A stretch of DNA of 64,000 nucleotides from Lytechinus pictus (taxonomy: Eukaryota): the NCBI RefSeq assembly GCF_037042905.1, contig NC_087247.1:26226001-26290000 (forward strand), written 5' to 3'. Shown piece by piece: positions 52,301 through 64,000 of this stretch (positions are counted from its first letter, which is position 1; each line of letters begins with the position of its first letter). The notes below the pieces were generated by a model. That model searched no databases and was not told the origin of the DNA. It saw only the letters and a program-made list of their open reading frames with translations. Made by a program: the position numbers and the translations under genes.

Positions 52301-55300
52301 AGTACATACATTTAGTTTGTAATGTTTAATGGGCTGTATGTCGACTCATTATGCATTATATGTTATTCTAATCGCAATATTTGAAATTTTATTGAAAAGT
52401 TAGTAAAGTTTTACCAAGTTAATAAGCCTGCATTTTCTGGGCTTTTTTTAATTCCATATAAAAACATATTTCAATTTATATGACAGAACAGAGTTTGGGA
52501 AAACACAACGAAAGGTAAAGAGGGTGGTAACATATTATGATTTTAAAAAAATTATCTGCGCATATTTTTAGGATTGATCATGCATGTGCAGATGGATGTT
52601 TATTAGAATGTTCTATCCTCTGACGTCTGTCGTATTCTCGAAAGCGTCATGATGTATATTTCAAAACAGGTAAAACGTATAAAATATCTAAAAATTACAA
52701 TTGTGGGTAGAAATTTAATTGCTTCTCTTTATTGACCCATAGTTAGAATGCATTATGTCTATCTTTTTATCTTTCTTCGTGTTTTCTGTTTTAAAAAGTA
52801 CAGCTTGGCTTCCCAAATGAAGCCAAATTTGCTTCCTTTGTACATGTTGCAAGGTAGTCCCGTAGAATATTATAAACATAATATAAATATTATAAACATA
52901 ATATATGAATAATACAATAAAACAATGATGAATAATAAATATAGACAGTGATTTGCATAGAAGATATCATCTATATACTGTAACTATGAATATGGCAAGG
53001 AAAAATATTCACCTGGAATCGAATAGTATTATAGAGAATGGCAACTGATAAAACAAGAAGGGTATTGAGCAGCCATTTTAATTCTTCCACAGATTCTGTT
53101 GAATAAGGCCCGCCATTTTCAATCTTAAGATCTTCCAGAAATCCATGTTGAATCGTTTCGATTCGATCAATATCGTTATCAGACGATCTGGACAACGATC
53201 CCCCGGTAGTATCCATTCGACGAAGCTGGGTTTGATTTTCATTCACCTCGGTTAAGAGTGGAGTGGTTTCAGTGACAGGTTGGCCACTGTAACAACATTC
53301 TGAGGAACATAAGCAACTGCAACATATTGTAGAACATTTACCGTGTCTCTCTGAGTACATTGCTGTTGCACTCTTTAGCATTCGAACGACTTGGAACAAT
53401 GCCTGGTTCCCTAAGGATATCGAAAATGAGTGAGAGAAAGAGAGAGAAGAGGGGAGAGGGGGAGGGGTAGAATAATAACAAAGAAGAACAATAATAAAAC
53501 AAGAACACGAAAAGATATGGAGGGGAGAAGAAGAAGGAGGTGGAGGGAGAAGAAGAGAAAAGAAGAAGAAGAAGTGCGAACAAAATAGTGTTCAGTAAAT
53601 ACATAAACAATTACTGTCATATCCTATGCATTACCCTCACTTTCACTCATGAATATTAATGGAAATTGTTAAATTCATGTCAATATCATCATTATGTCAT
53701 TCATATCATTATATGTTCACGAGTACTGCAATTTGCCTTGTGTCATCATTATTATAACCATTGACTTAGAGTCCTGTTGACATGTCAGAAACTAGAGACC
53801 ACATTCAGGGGCAAACTGAATACTTTGTGTATATGTTTTTGAGAAACATAATGTTTTGTTATTCTTTGTTAAAGTTCGAACCTGTAAATGTAATGTTTTT
53901 TTTTCTACGTTCTATCTCTGATTTCGTCTGAAGTGTCTTAAACGTCTAGACTGAAAATTTACTTTATAAATATCATGTTATTGTTTTTATCATTATCATT
54001 ATTCTTATTATATAATTATTATTAGATATTATTATCATCATTATCATTATTATTATTATCATCATCATCATCATGAACACCATGTTCGCAAGTACTGCCA
54101 CAATTTTAGAGGCTTTTAGAATTGCGTTGGTATACCAGGCTTACCCTTCGGTGGTCTCATTTTATACATATCTCGACCCGTAGCGAAGACCAAAATGCCG
54201 ACGATGTTGAAACAGAGAACAACAAGGAAACCCCAGAAAAAAGAGACCTCTTCCTCGACGTATGAAAGCACTGAGTAGGTGAAGAGTGGAGCGATCTCGG
54301 AAATGAAATACACCCTATTCTCGACATGAAAGCAAAATGTGAAAGAACAAATGACGCAGATAATGGAGATATCTGATTCATTTTCAAAATTCAAATTATT
54401 TCGAACAGAGAAGATATTTGATACAAAATAATTACATATTCTGCAAAAATACACTCAATAGTATAAATGCGAGAAAAATCATGTTTTATAATAGAAATGT
54501 ATAAGTATCCGTGAAAATGGCCGGTTCACTAAAAAGCAATGATATAAAGGAAACACTTTTTTTTTCTGAAAATGGAAATCTAACGTGAAATATGTAAAAA
54601 TGGAGTAATTTCATGATGTGATGAGTCATATTCTTTTATTGAAAAATAAAGTTATATAAGGACATAACGGGAAATTGAGTAATCTGATATAAGAAAAGGA
54701 GTTAACACCATTAGACAAAAAGAAAAAGGTAAGGTACGCCAAAAACGACGGCTATTAGATTATTATTCTACCATCCATACAATATCTTACAAAACTGTAC
54801 TAGTATGCTCTCCGTATTCATTAATTCTTTGAAAAACAAATATTTGTCGTTAAGCAAATTGCGGCTCCTTCTTTATGTAATTGATGTAATACTTTTTTAT
54901 TAATAAATCATTTTATTCGAAAACTTATCGTACAACCATCACACCCCCTCTTCACGAATGAGCACCAATATTTGCATATAATTATTATTATTTTTTTATT
55001 TGTATGGTAATTATTATTTTTTGTATGCTTTATAATAGGTTCCACATATTTTACGTCATTCTAAAACAGTGAATGTAATTATTGTCATCTATGTTCTTCT
55101 TTGCTTAAGATGTCTGTATGTTTTTGTGCAATGTGAAATAATTAATTAAATCAAATCAAATCAAATAAATTCAATTATGCAATTGTCATTTTGAGCATTT
55201 TTCAATAGAAATAGAATGAAAATAATCTACAAGTTAACATAAACATATAGGCCTTATGTTAATAATATGATCAGGGGCGGATCCAGGATTTTCCCAAGGG

Positions 55301-58300
55301 GGGGGGGCACATTTTCCCTATGAAATTTGACAAGACCCCCCCCCCCCCCAACAAAAAAAAAGGTCCTCACTTGTATATGACCGACATATTCCTATTAATA
55401 GTATTTGCTGTGACTCTCAAAGGGGGTGGGGCACACTTGTGTATGAAGGACATAAATATTTTCATCAAAAATATTGGCTATGACTTTCAAGGGGGGCTCG
55501 GATCGGATGTGCCCCCAGGATATGCCACTGAATATGAAAATACCCACCAATGGTAAGTGACCTGTATCGCTCTATTTCCATATTCTTCCACTTGTACACA
55601 GGCGAAGGGTCCACAGCATGCCTTGATGGGGGCGGTTCCAATATTCACAATAGTCAGAGTTATGAGGAAGAATACCCTCTTGCTCCCCAGGTCGAACCCA
55701 TAAGCTGCACCATACACGAAGGGCCACTTGTACGCTATCAGAGGCAGCATAGTAGTACCTGTAACAGTATTGTAGATGATAAGTCATAGCAAAACAAATC
55801 TGTATTGATGGTCGTAGGCCTATAGATGGCATGCATCGGTCACTTCACTCCGGTTGTAAAATCAAGTTTTGTCAGTTATATGAGTGCTATTCATAACAGC
55901 ACATTTGGTAGTTACTTTTACACCCTGGTGTCACTGTTCATTCTCTGGTGTGCAATTTTAACATCATATTCATGTTGACAAACACAAGTGCAGACGCAAA
56001 GAACTTCAAAGATCTACTGGAGCCGGCGGGTTTGAGTCAGCGTATATCCCAACCTACCTTAAAGGACACACTCTTGATTTGGTTATCAAGAGGGATACTG
56101 ATCACTCAATTAGGGTCATTGTGGTTTCTCAGACGTTGCCATCAGATCATTCAGCAATCATCTTTTCACTCCCCTCCGTGAGACCACCGGTGACATCTAA
56201 AGTCATTCACACTCGTGAACTTGACATTTATCAATTCAAGTTAGATATCAGCCAGTACTTCGAAGCAGTTACAAAATTAGAGGAAATGGAACTTGACCGT
56301 ATGGTAGATTTTTTTCAATAACTCTCTTGCTTCTTATCTAGATCGTCAAGTATGACACCTCGCTGGAAACAGTCTAGCGAGTGGCCAGACTGTCTTTAGG
56401 CAGTTGCAATTGAGAGTGCGTCCCTATATGCTCCTTGGTACGACGCCATACGGAAGGCTAAACAAGACCTTCGTGCAAGGGAAAGGAGATGCTTGGAGAA
56501 ATACCAAGCGTTCATCTACAACAGTAGAAATGTGATGACCTGAAGAAAGCATCGAGGGAATACTACCAACTTGTCAATAACTTTAAGCGTCATCATCTTC
56601 AAGAACTTCTGTCCACTAGCAACAACAAACAACTATTCAATGTGATTGACAAGATGACAGCTGAAAGCCTTATAAATCATTGCCATCACATCAGTCAAGT
56701 GCTGAGATCGCTCAGAAGTTCTCAAAAAAAATTTACAGTGAAATTCAACAGCTGAGGGCTTCATTTTCTTCCTCTTCGATTGTTGTGGAGGCGGAAACGT
56801 GTGATCATTGTCTTGAGAGGTTTGCGCCAGTTTCCCAAGCAGATGCACCAAAGATTATCAGGTCACATAAAATAAAATGTGATCTAGATCCTCTTCCAGC
56901 GCTAATTCTTAGCCAGTGTGTAGAGCTCCTGGTACCGGCCATCACGGATATTACCAACGATTCACAATGTGGAGTCTTCCCTTTGGCGCTCAAATCTGCT
57001 TTGGTCATTCCCAGCCTAAAGAGACCGTTTCTGGATGCAGAAAGTTTAAGGAACTACAGACCAATTTCAAATTTACTTTTTTGGGGCAAGGTAATGGAAC
57101 GAGTTAGATTTACTGAATAGCTTCCTGCAAACTCCCTTCTCGCATCCCGACAGTCTGCGTATCGAAATGATCATAGTGTTAAAAACTGCGCTTCATGTTC
57201 AAGATCATATTCTATAAGCTTTGGATACCGGAGATGATGCCCTCCTCATACTTTTGGACCTCACATCAGCCTTCGACCCCCTTCGACACAGTTGATTACG
57301 ATGTTCTTCTTTCCATGCTGAAAACACGATTCGGCATCTCTGGAACTGTAGCAAAGTGGGTTGACTCTTACATCACTGGACGATATCAACAGGTGATCAT
57401 TGATGGCTCACGATCTCATCTTACATTACTGAAATGGGGGGTACCACAAGGTTCGGTTATCGGGCCTGTACTCTTTAAATGTTACACGACACCGTTAGAA
57501 GATCTTGTTCATTCCTATGGTTTCCTTCTATGATTTATGCTGATGACACTAATATCTCATTCATGTCTGGTCAGCCACAGGCTCTCCGAATGTTGCAGAA
57601 ACTGGAAGATTGTATTGATGCCATTCGTTCCTGGATGACTGAGACCTTAATGATAAAAGATGGAAGTCCTGCAACTGTCCTCTCATCGAAGATGTACCCC
57701 TGAATTACCTTCAATTCAAATTGCAAATGTTCATACACATCCCTCAAAACGGTGGCTAACTTAGGTGTTTTATTTGATAAAAAACCTTTAAATGCGTCCC
57801 CATGTCAACAGTATTAGTCGTAAAGCATCCTTCGCCCTAAAAAAAAACCCTGTGAAATTCGTACATATTTGTCTAAGTCATCTTCTGAAATCCTCATTCA
57901 TTCATTTATTAGTTCACTTTTTGACAGTTGCAATAGCCTGCTCCATGGAATTCAAGAAAAGGATATTTCAAAGCTGCAGAGAATTAAAAACTCGGCAGCT
58001 CGTCTAGTTTCCCTCACCAAAACACATGACCATATAACACCTACTCTTGAACAATTGCACTGACTCACCATCAAAGTTCGTATACAATTCAAAATTCTTC
58101 TCCTAACATTCAAATCTCTTCAGGGACATGCTCCAAAAATATCTCTCTGAATTAATCCAGGCATACACTCCCTGTAGGTCCCTTCGTTCTGCCATGGACC
58201 TATAGGTCTATAATTCTGCAAATCAAAATTTCTTTACTGTCAAAAAAGCAAAAACTAAATTCTGTGGTGATAGGTCCTTTTCAAGCTTTGACCCTTGTCC

Positions 58301-59105
58301 TTGGAATACTCTTCCAGCTTCCCTTCAATCTATCCCCAATATAACATTGTTAAAATTCCGTTTAAAGACTTATTTCGTGAAAAAAGCATACTCAACATAG
58401 CTCCATTTACAGTGTCCACAATATTTTAAATTTTTGGTTACATAATTTCTAATTCACTTTTGTTTGTGTATGTCATATTTTCTACATTGTAAAGTGCTTT
58501 GATATGGATCTCATGAACATCGCTTAATAATACTAAGTTCTTCTTATTATTATTATCATCATCATTATCAACGTGACATTCTCCGCACCTTCAGTAGTTC
58601 CCCATCCCTTGTTTCTATAATTTTGTTGGCAAGCAAAAGGGCATTTGATTGCCTATGATGTTCCTAACCCCCCCCCCCCCTCTCAAAAACAAATCTTGGG
58701 GGCGTGTTCCCCCAATTAACGCCCATGGTCATCATCATTATAATACCTATCTGTGTACTCACCTATTAAGCAGATGAGTGAGCCCAGGTAGATAGCGTTA
58801 TAGTTTCCAAGCCAAGAATCGGAGAGCCATCCTCCGAAAATGGTGAAGACGTAATTCGTCCCGGTGAAAACAAGACTATAGACCGCAGCGTCGGCGCTCG
58901 AGTAACCCAGATCGTTCGTGCAAAATAAAACCAGATTCGTCACGATGCCATAGTAAATGATTTTCTCGGTGAAATACACGAAAGCAATGCATAAGACCAA
59001 TATGATTTCCTTGGAGGTGGGTTTGCCAACGGGCGCGTCTTGCTCCGGCATGCTGTTTGGTCTCGGAGAGGCCTCAAGACTGGATAAATTTCCATTTTTC
59101 GACAT
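49337..59105 (-). CDS. SLC15A4: SLC15/POT (PTR2) family transporter, SLC15A4-like, 8 exons, 597 aa
   Basis: Minus-strand exons 59105-58763, 55758-55548, 54314-54145, 53410-53013, 52131-51957, 51478-51278, 50614-50483, 49500-49337 are GT-AG and in frame. Motifs YYGIVTNLVLF, GGWLSDSWLG, YLLQGERM, PLVDRFVYP, QIPEYIFIG, GLEFAFSQSPKSLQ, INKGHLEYYFLLLAG. The symbol marks the nearest subfamily; it is likely a divergent paralog. Confidence 0.9.
55272..55530. mobile_element. Short hAT-type MITE with G/C tracts
   Basis: CAGGGGCGGATCC ... GGATATGCCACTG; 8-bp TSD AATATGAT / AATATGAA. Confidence 0.72.
55780..58560 (+). mobile_element. Degenerate L2/CR1-group non-LTR retrotransposon (endonuclease remnant + RT), antisense in SLC15 intron 1
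   Basis: Frameshifted fragments GHTLDLVI...SDHSAI (APE end), CDLDPLP, NYRPISNL, QSAYR, FDTVD, GVPQGSVIGP, IYADDT, HITPTLEQLH; ends in a (TAT/CAT)n tail near 58545. Many stops and frameshifts. Boundaries approximate. Confidence 0.92.
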
Positions 59106-61599
59106 GTTACTGCACCGTACAGCAGAAGTAAGTGATCCTACTTTGATGACATTCCGATACTACCATCATTTAATGGCATGTCAGGGTCACTTTACCATCG
59201 TACTACTTTAGTGATAAAACTTTGTAAAATATCCCGGTAGTTCGTTTAATAGAATTGTAGGCTATATACTGGATAGATCTGTCCGATCTATTCGAATCTT
59301 GAAGACTGAAAAATGACTGATGCAGTAAACTTTATCAAACCAAACGGCAACGCTGAAATTACATTGAAGTCTGATATCAAATAACAAAATTATTGACTGT
59401 TAAGTTTAGCAATTTTTTTTAACACCACTGTTTTTACAGTGCACGATATGGTCAAAGGTAATGTTGTGTCGATGGACATAGTATTTTATTTTCATATTAT
59501 GAGTGTTTTCTTTTGTGAATAATTATTCAATGGCTGTTTTCAAAGTCAGCACTGTTGCTATATTGGATCGCGTAATGCAGGCGTGACAGCCAGAGGCGTT
59601 CCACTTGTTTATTTAATATTTTATTCTTGGTGGCCAAAGTTTCGACAGGTATAATTTTATACAATAAGATTCAGAAGTACATGTGAGGATATGACGTCAT
59701 TAGCTTGCTCATTATTGAATATTCATTAAGACATACATCTAACAGTTTCACTGAAATAATGCAAAAATTTAAAATGTCATATAACTTTTTTGTCCCTTGT
59801 AAGATTTAAATGAGTTTTTCCGTATTTCGTTTGTCTGATTTTTCCTTAACAGTCTGTTCAAATCATACTATTTCCAGCCTTGAGGACACTGTTAGAAAAT
59901 TTATCCTTAAAAAAAAAGAAGTTCCTGCAGCAGAGTCTCGAGAACACCTGTAAACACTAAATTGCGTAATCTTACATTATGTCATGTAAAAGTACAGGAA
60001 ATTGGTATTTGGTGTATGGAACCTTACAAATTTCCTTAAATGAAACACCCTTTTCCCCTTTTTAAACAGACCTGTTCTGTTAAATTGCAGAAAATTCCTG
60101 TTTTATGAATTTACAGAATGATTCTGTTATTGCTTTCTGCAAAATCTTCTTTTTTCTGTAAAATCAGGTTTTTTTAAATAGTGTACCCATTGAAATGAGA
60201 GTGAAACCGGACCTTGAACCACAAGTTCCAGAGTTCAATTCTCACAGAAATCCTTTAACAAGGCGTTTATCTTTATTTTGCCACTCTCCATCTAGGTTTC
60301 GTAAGTGGGTATACCGGCGGGCGGTACAGGAAAGAATTCTTTGAATGCGCCAGGTATACCTAAAGCTGGGGTTAAAGTATGAAGCGCTGTTAGCGCTATT
60401 CATGTATAAACGTTCCATTTTATCATCGTTATCAATAAATATCATTAGCTAATAAAATATTATTCATGGACTGTAAATGTTAGCTTTCATGGGATTTTGA
60501 AAGGGCGTTAATCCATAAACAGCTGATATCGATCGTCGAAAGCAGAATCAATGGCCGATATTTTTTGTAATGAATCTACACCCCACATATCTCAAGATAC
60601 TCTCGGATATTGCGCCAGCCGACATTCAAAGTCAAGAATGGATGTGTACATGTCAGATACATATATATATATTAAGAAAACTGGCAATGAATTAAAGCCA
60701 GTTTAGGCCGATATTTTGCCGGTGATATGTCTAATATTGTATGAATGTTCTGTAAAGTTTGTATCCCATTGTGTCTTGTATTGGATTTGAGTCGTGACAC
60801 TCATGCAGTCGACTGCAGTGCGGTTTCAGTAATTTCATATAAGAGCAGTCCAAACCACAAAATTAAAACGGAAATGAAAAATGGAAACAGAGCAATCATG
60901 GATGAGGTCACATAGTCATATATTCATTAATAGTTGTATGCATAAACTACCAGACAGAAAGTGTCGAATATTTATATATATAAAGGCATACAAAATAAAA
61001 GGGGCAGCGCCACTACAGAGATATACCATCTATAGCACAGAAAAGGTGAAGTCACCGGCATATGTGACGTATCTCTTCTCCTTCCTTCCTTGATCAATCC
61101 ATTTTGGGTGTCTTTTTGTCTCTCTATCTTTATAAGTCTATATATTTTTGGTTTGTTTTGATTTAAATAATAAAAAAAAATCATAGAAAAATGTCGCCCT
61201 CCTGTGTCCCTGTCATGCATGTAGCACTGCCCATACTCCTTGAAATAAAAAAAAATGGCCGATATACGCATCTTTTTTGAAACGCCAAAATACTAGTCTA
61301 AGTAAGAAAGTCAACATTTATTCAGCACATTATAGTTTATACAGAATTATCACGCTCATTTTTTTAAATTGAATTAATTGAAGCTAATTTATATCAACTT
61401 GTATAGTGCATGCATGTCCGTAACTATAATCAGGCCTACTATAAGCCGTTATGCTCTAAATGTAGCAAAATATCCTATACTTTGCTGTGTTCAACAGAAA
61501 GAGCGTTATACTTTGTATTGCAGATGATACATGTCTAATCTTGATCCTGTACATCAAATTATAGTTTCATCAGATGTGACAATCATGCATTAGAACTTA

Positions 61600-61898
61600 T
61601 AATCCCACCACGGTCTGGCGTCCTTTGGCAAGGCGTTAATCCACAGTTTGCCACTCTCGACCCAGGTGCTAAATGGGTACCCGGTAGGATGTGAAAGTCA
61701 TTGTAGCTTGTCCAGTACTGTGTGCGCCACACCGGCGACTGACTGGAATACTCCCCAGGGAGTGGATGATGTGCACAAATTGTGTGCGGGAATGACTGAT
61801 TGAATCCGATGACCGGGGTAATAGTATATCTGTAAAGCGCTTAGACACGTCGTTCCGATGTAACGAAGCGCTATATAAAAAGCGGATTACTATTACTA
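61600..61898 (+). mobile_element. 5'-truncated SINE of the same group (more degraded copy at about 60210-60430)
   Basis: CCTTTGGCAAGGCGTTAATCCACAGTTTGCCACTCTCGACCCAGGTGCTAAATGGGTACC ... TGTAAAGCGCTTAGA ... AAGCGCTATATAAA tail. Confidence 0.75.
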
Positions 61899-61989
61899 TA
61901 AAAAAAAAAAGACGGACGCAAACTGAAATAAGGATAGCCCATATAGTCCACTAGTAAAGAGATCAGATTTTCACATGTGAATTTATCTG

Positions 61990-63522
61990 CTAGCCGCAAC
62001 AGGTCCATGCCAAAAGATCTCCATTTGTATAATCTGAAAGTGGGAGAGCAGAGAAAGAGAGAGTAATGGAGAAAGAAAAAGAGAGAAAACAGGGAAGAAA
62101 GAAAGACAGAGAGGGAGAGAGATTTACAGAACGTGAGATAAATAGAGAGTAAAAAATAACGATTCAGTTTATCAATTATAATTACCAACGTGGTGATCAT
62201 CATAATTTTCATCATGAGAAATCTGCTATAATACTATTAATATATATTAGTCTTAAATTCTGTATCTTATATAACCCTGAATCCAGCGTTGATAACCAGA
62301 GGTCATTACTTAGAAACAGTGAATTTGAAAAAAAAAATGGTGTTAAATCTTTTCTACTAATCAAGTGTATTCAAATGATTTTAAAATTATTTCGATTGAC
62401 ACATAATATAAATTGATTGGAGTAAGGTTTCATGGTTATCAAAATTTGTAAGTGGCACTGCATGCTTATTGAGGTACCAACATCTTCGAATCGTCAAAAT
62501 TAGTGAATTCCTTCTGTATTTAAATCGTCAAATGAAACAGTTCAGGGGGCGGGGCATTCAACTGTTACCAACTACCATCCCACCGTCACTCGGGAAACAT
62601 GTTCGTATACACACGTGCGACCGGGAAAAATCCAATAAAAGCTTTTTAGTATTTTTTCTAGTTTTGATGCATACACGTATGTTTCGTTTAGGGTGTCGAA
62701 AACGACGAAATTGGAAACTTTAGGCAACCTGAGGAGGGTGATATCTATTTAGTGTTTATTAATTTGCGTTTAGCGTATCCCTTTCCTTATATATCGATAT
62801 GGATTTTCATGCGACCAAAACTTTTTTGATAAGAGGCATTTTTTTTAATCTCCAGGGTAATGTACACTGGAACGGGAAGTACGTGATAAAGATGTTATTT
62901 TTACGAATGAAACAACAGCAGCAAAAAAAGAAAGAAAGAAATTCGTCAAACGTTTAAGGTAGCTACTGTTTCGAAAACCCGTGCAACGTACTACCCAGCA
63001 AAAATATTTGAGTTTCCCCCCACCCCTCCTGCACTCTAGAAAATAAGTGCTCCATGAGGGTTATTATGTGTCCAACCAATTTTGGGCATTTCTTTTGGGC
63101 ATTTTTATTTATCCAGTGTGATGAAAGTTTTGTCCATTCTAACGTAATTTGCTGCTTATTTTTTAACCTTACTGGACAATATGCTTCCCGCACTGGGTAT
63201 AATACTGCCCCCAAATTGGTTGGACACATAATTACCCTCATGGTGGTAAAAATTTTACCAAATTTTTTTATAGTGTGGAAACATTTAAATAGTTTAAAGA
63301 AGAATAACATACCCAGCGATGTAACAAGGTCGTGTACTGTCAACCCGCCATTGCTGATGGCGGTCATCAAGCGTTCGGTTGAGATAACAGACCAATCAGT
63401 AATCAATGACGAGACACTGTCGAGCTTTCCTCGAAGATAGGTCTTCGAGTCACGTCCGATGGCGTAAAGGGTTTCGTCGACGCTGTGGTACGCAACGACA
63501 TCGCCGATGAACAACGGTAGAG
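61990..63522 (-). CDS. Last two exons of an unidentified protein-coding gene entering from beyond the window
   Basis: Exon 63522-63313 (TTTAG acceptor, GTATG donor, open frame LPLFIGDVVAYHSVDETLYAIGRDSKTYLRG...HDLVTSL, GC-richer than flanks) splices in phase 1 to 62033-61990 (long pyrimidine tract, TTTCAG acceptor), giving DYTNGDLLAWTCCG*. Confidence 0.62.
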
Positions 63523-64000
63523 CTAAACGTGACAAAAAAAATCAGATATTAACACACATTTATATCACAGCTGCTCGCATGTGACATCATAAAATGTTAT
63601 CGGGTCAGGTCCATTGGCGTAAAGGGTTTCGTCGTCGCTTTGGTACGCAACGACATCGCCGATGTTCAACGGTAGAGCTTTACGTGGCATAAATCGGAAA
63701 TTAACACAGACATATTTATATCATGTGGGGAGCTTCTCGCATATACTGACCTCAAAATTGAGGGTGTAAAATAAAAATACATAACTTGAATTCTTGGACG
63801 AATTCTCACCAAACCTACCCCAATATGCTAAGATTACAATTAAATTAACGACAGGATGACTTCCAATAATCTTCACAAAATTGAAAAAAAAAAAAAACTA
63901 TGTTATGTTCTGCAAACTTAGGCTTTAGACAAGGAAAACGAAATTAAAATCTGTATAGCTATTGCTAATCATTTGAATAAAAGTTTTATATCAAAATACA

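Noticed and set aside
55948-58063. RT ORF fragments as an active or domesticated reverse transcriptase
   Set aside because: Numerous frameshifts and stops; a dead LINE copy.
1-59105. APEH, epoxide hydrolase and peptide transporter as a functional cluster
   Set aside because: No shared regulatory signal or operon-like structure is visible; adjacency alone is not evidence without synteny data.
62963-63312. C-terminal half of the 190-aa ORF and the antisense 128-aa ORF
   Set aside because: Read-through past the GTATG donor into a palindromic CACT-ended MITE, which is why MRVIMCPTN appears on both strands.

Overview
Eukaryotic, AT-rich, intron-containing genomic DNA with four N gaps. The repeat content (tRNA-derived SINEs, L2-type LINE, G-tract hAT MITEs) suggests a marine invertebrate, probably a sea urchin; this is inference. 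By hand-splicing I reconstruct six genes: (1) the 3' part of APEH (+); (2) a complete EPHX3/4-type epoxide hydrolase (+); (3,4) two tandem, complete type-II-membrane paralogs resembling DUF1647 with glycosyltransferase-like motifs (-); (5) a complete SLC15/POT transporter with degenerate proton-coupling and peptide-binding motifs (-); (6) the last two exons of an unidentified gene (-). Most listed ORFs are microsatellite or intron artefacts. Introns and intergenic DNA are dense with non-autonomous DNA transposons, some with readable TSDs and nesting. Best leads: the DUF1647-like pair (putative unclassified Golgi glycosyltransferases, one with a GC-AG intron, both with fold-back MITEs in their probable 3' UTRs) and the deviant SLC15.
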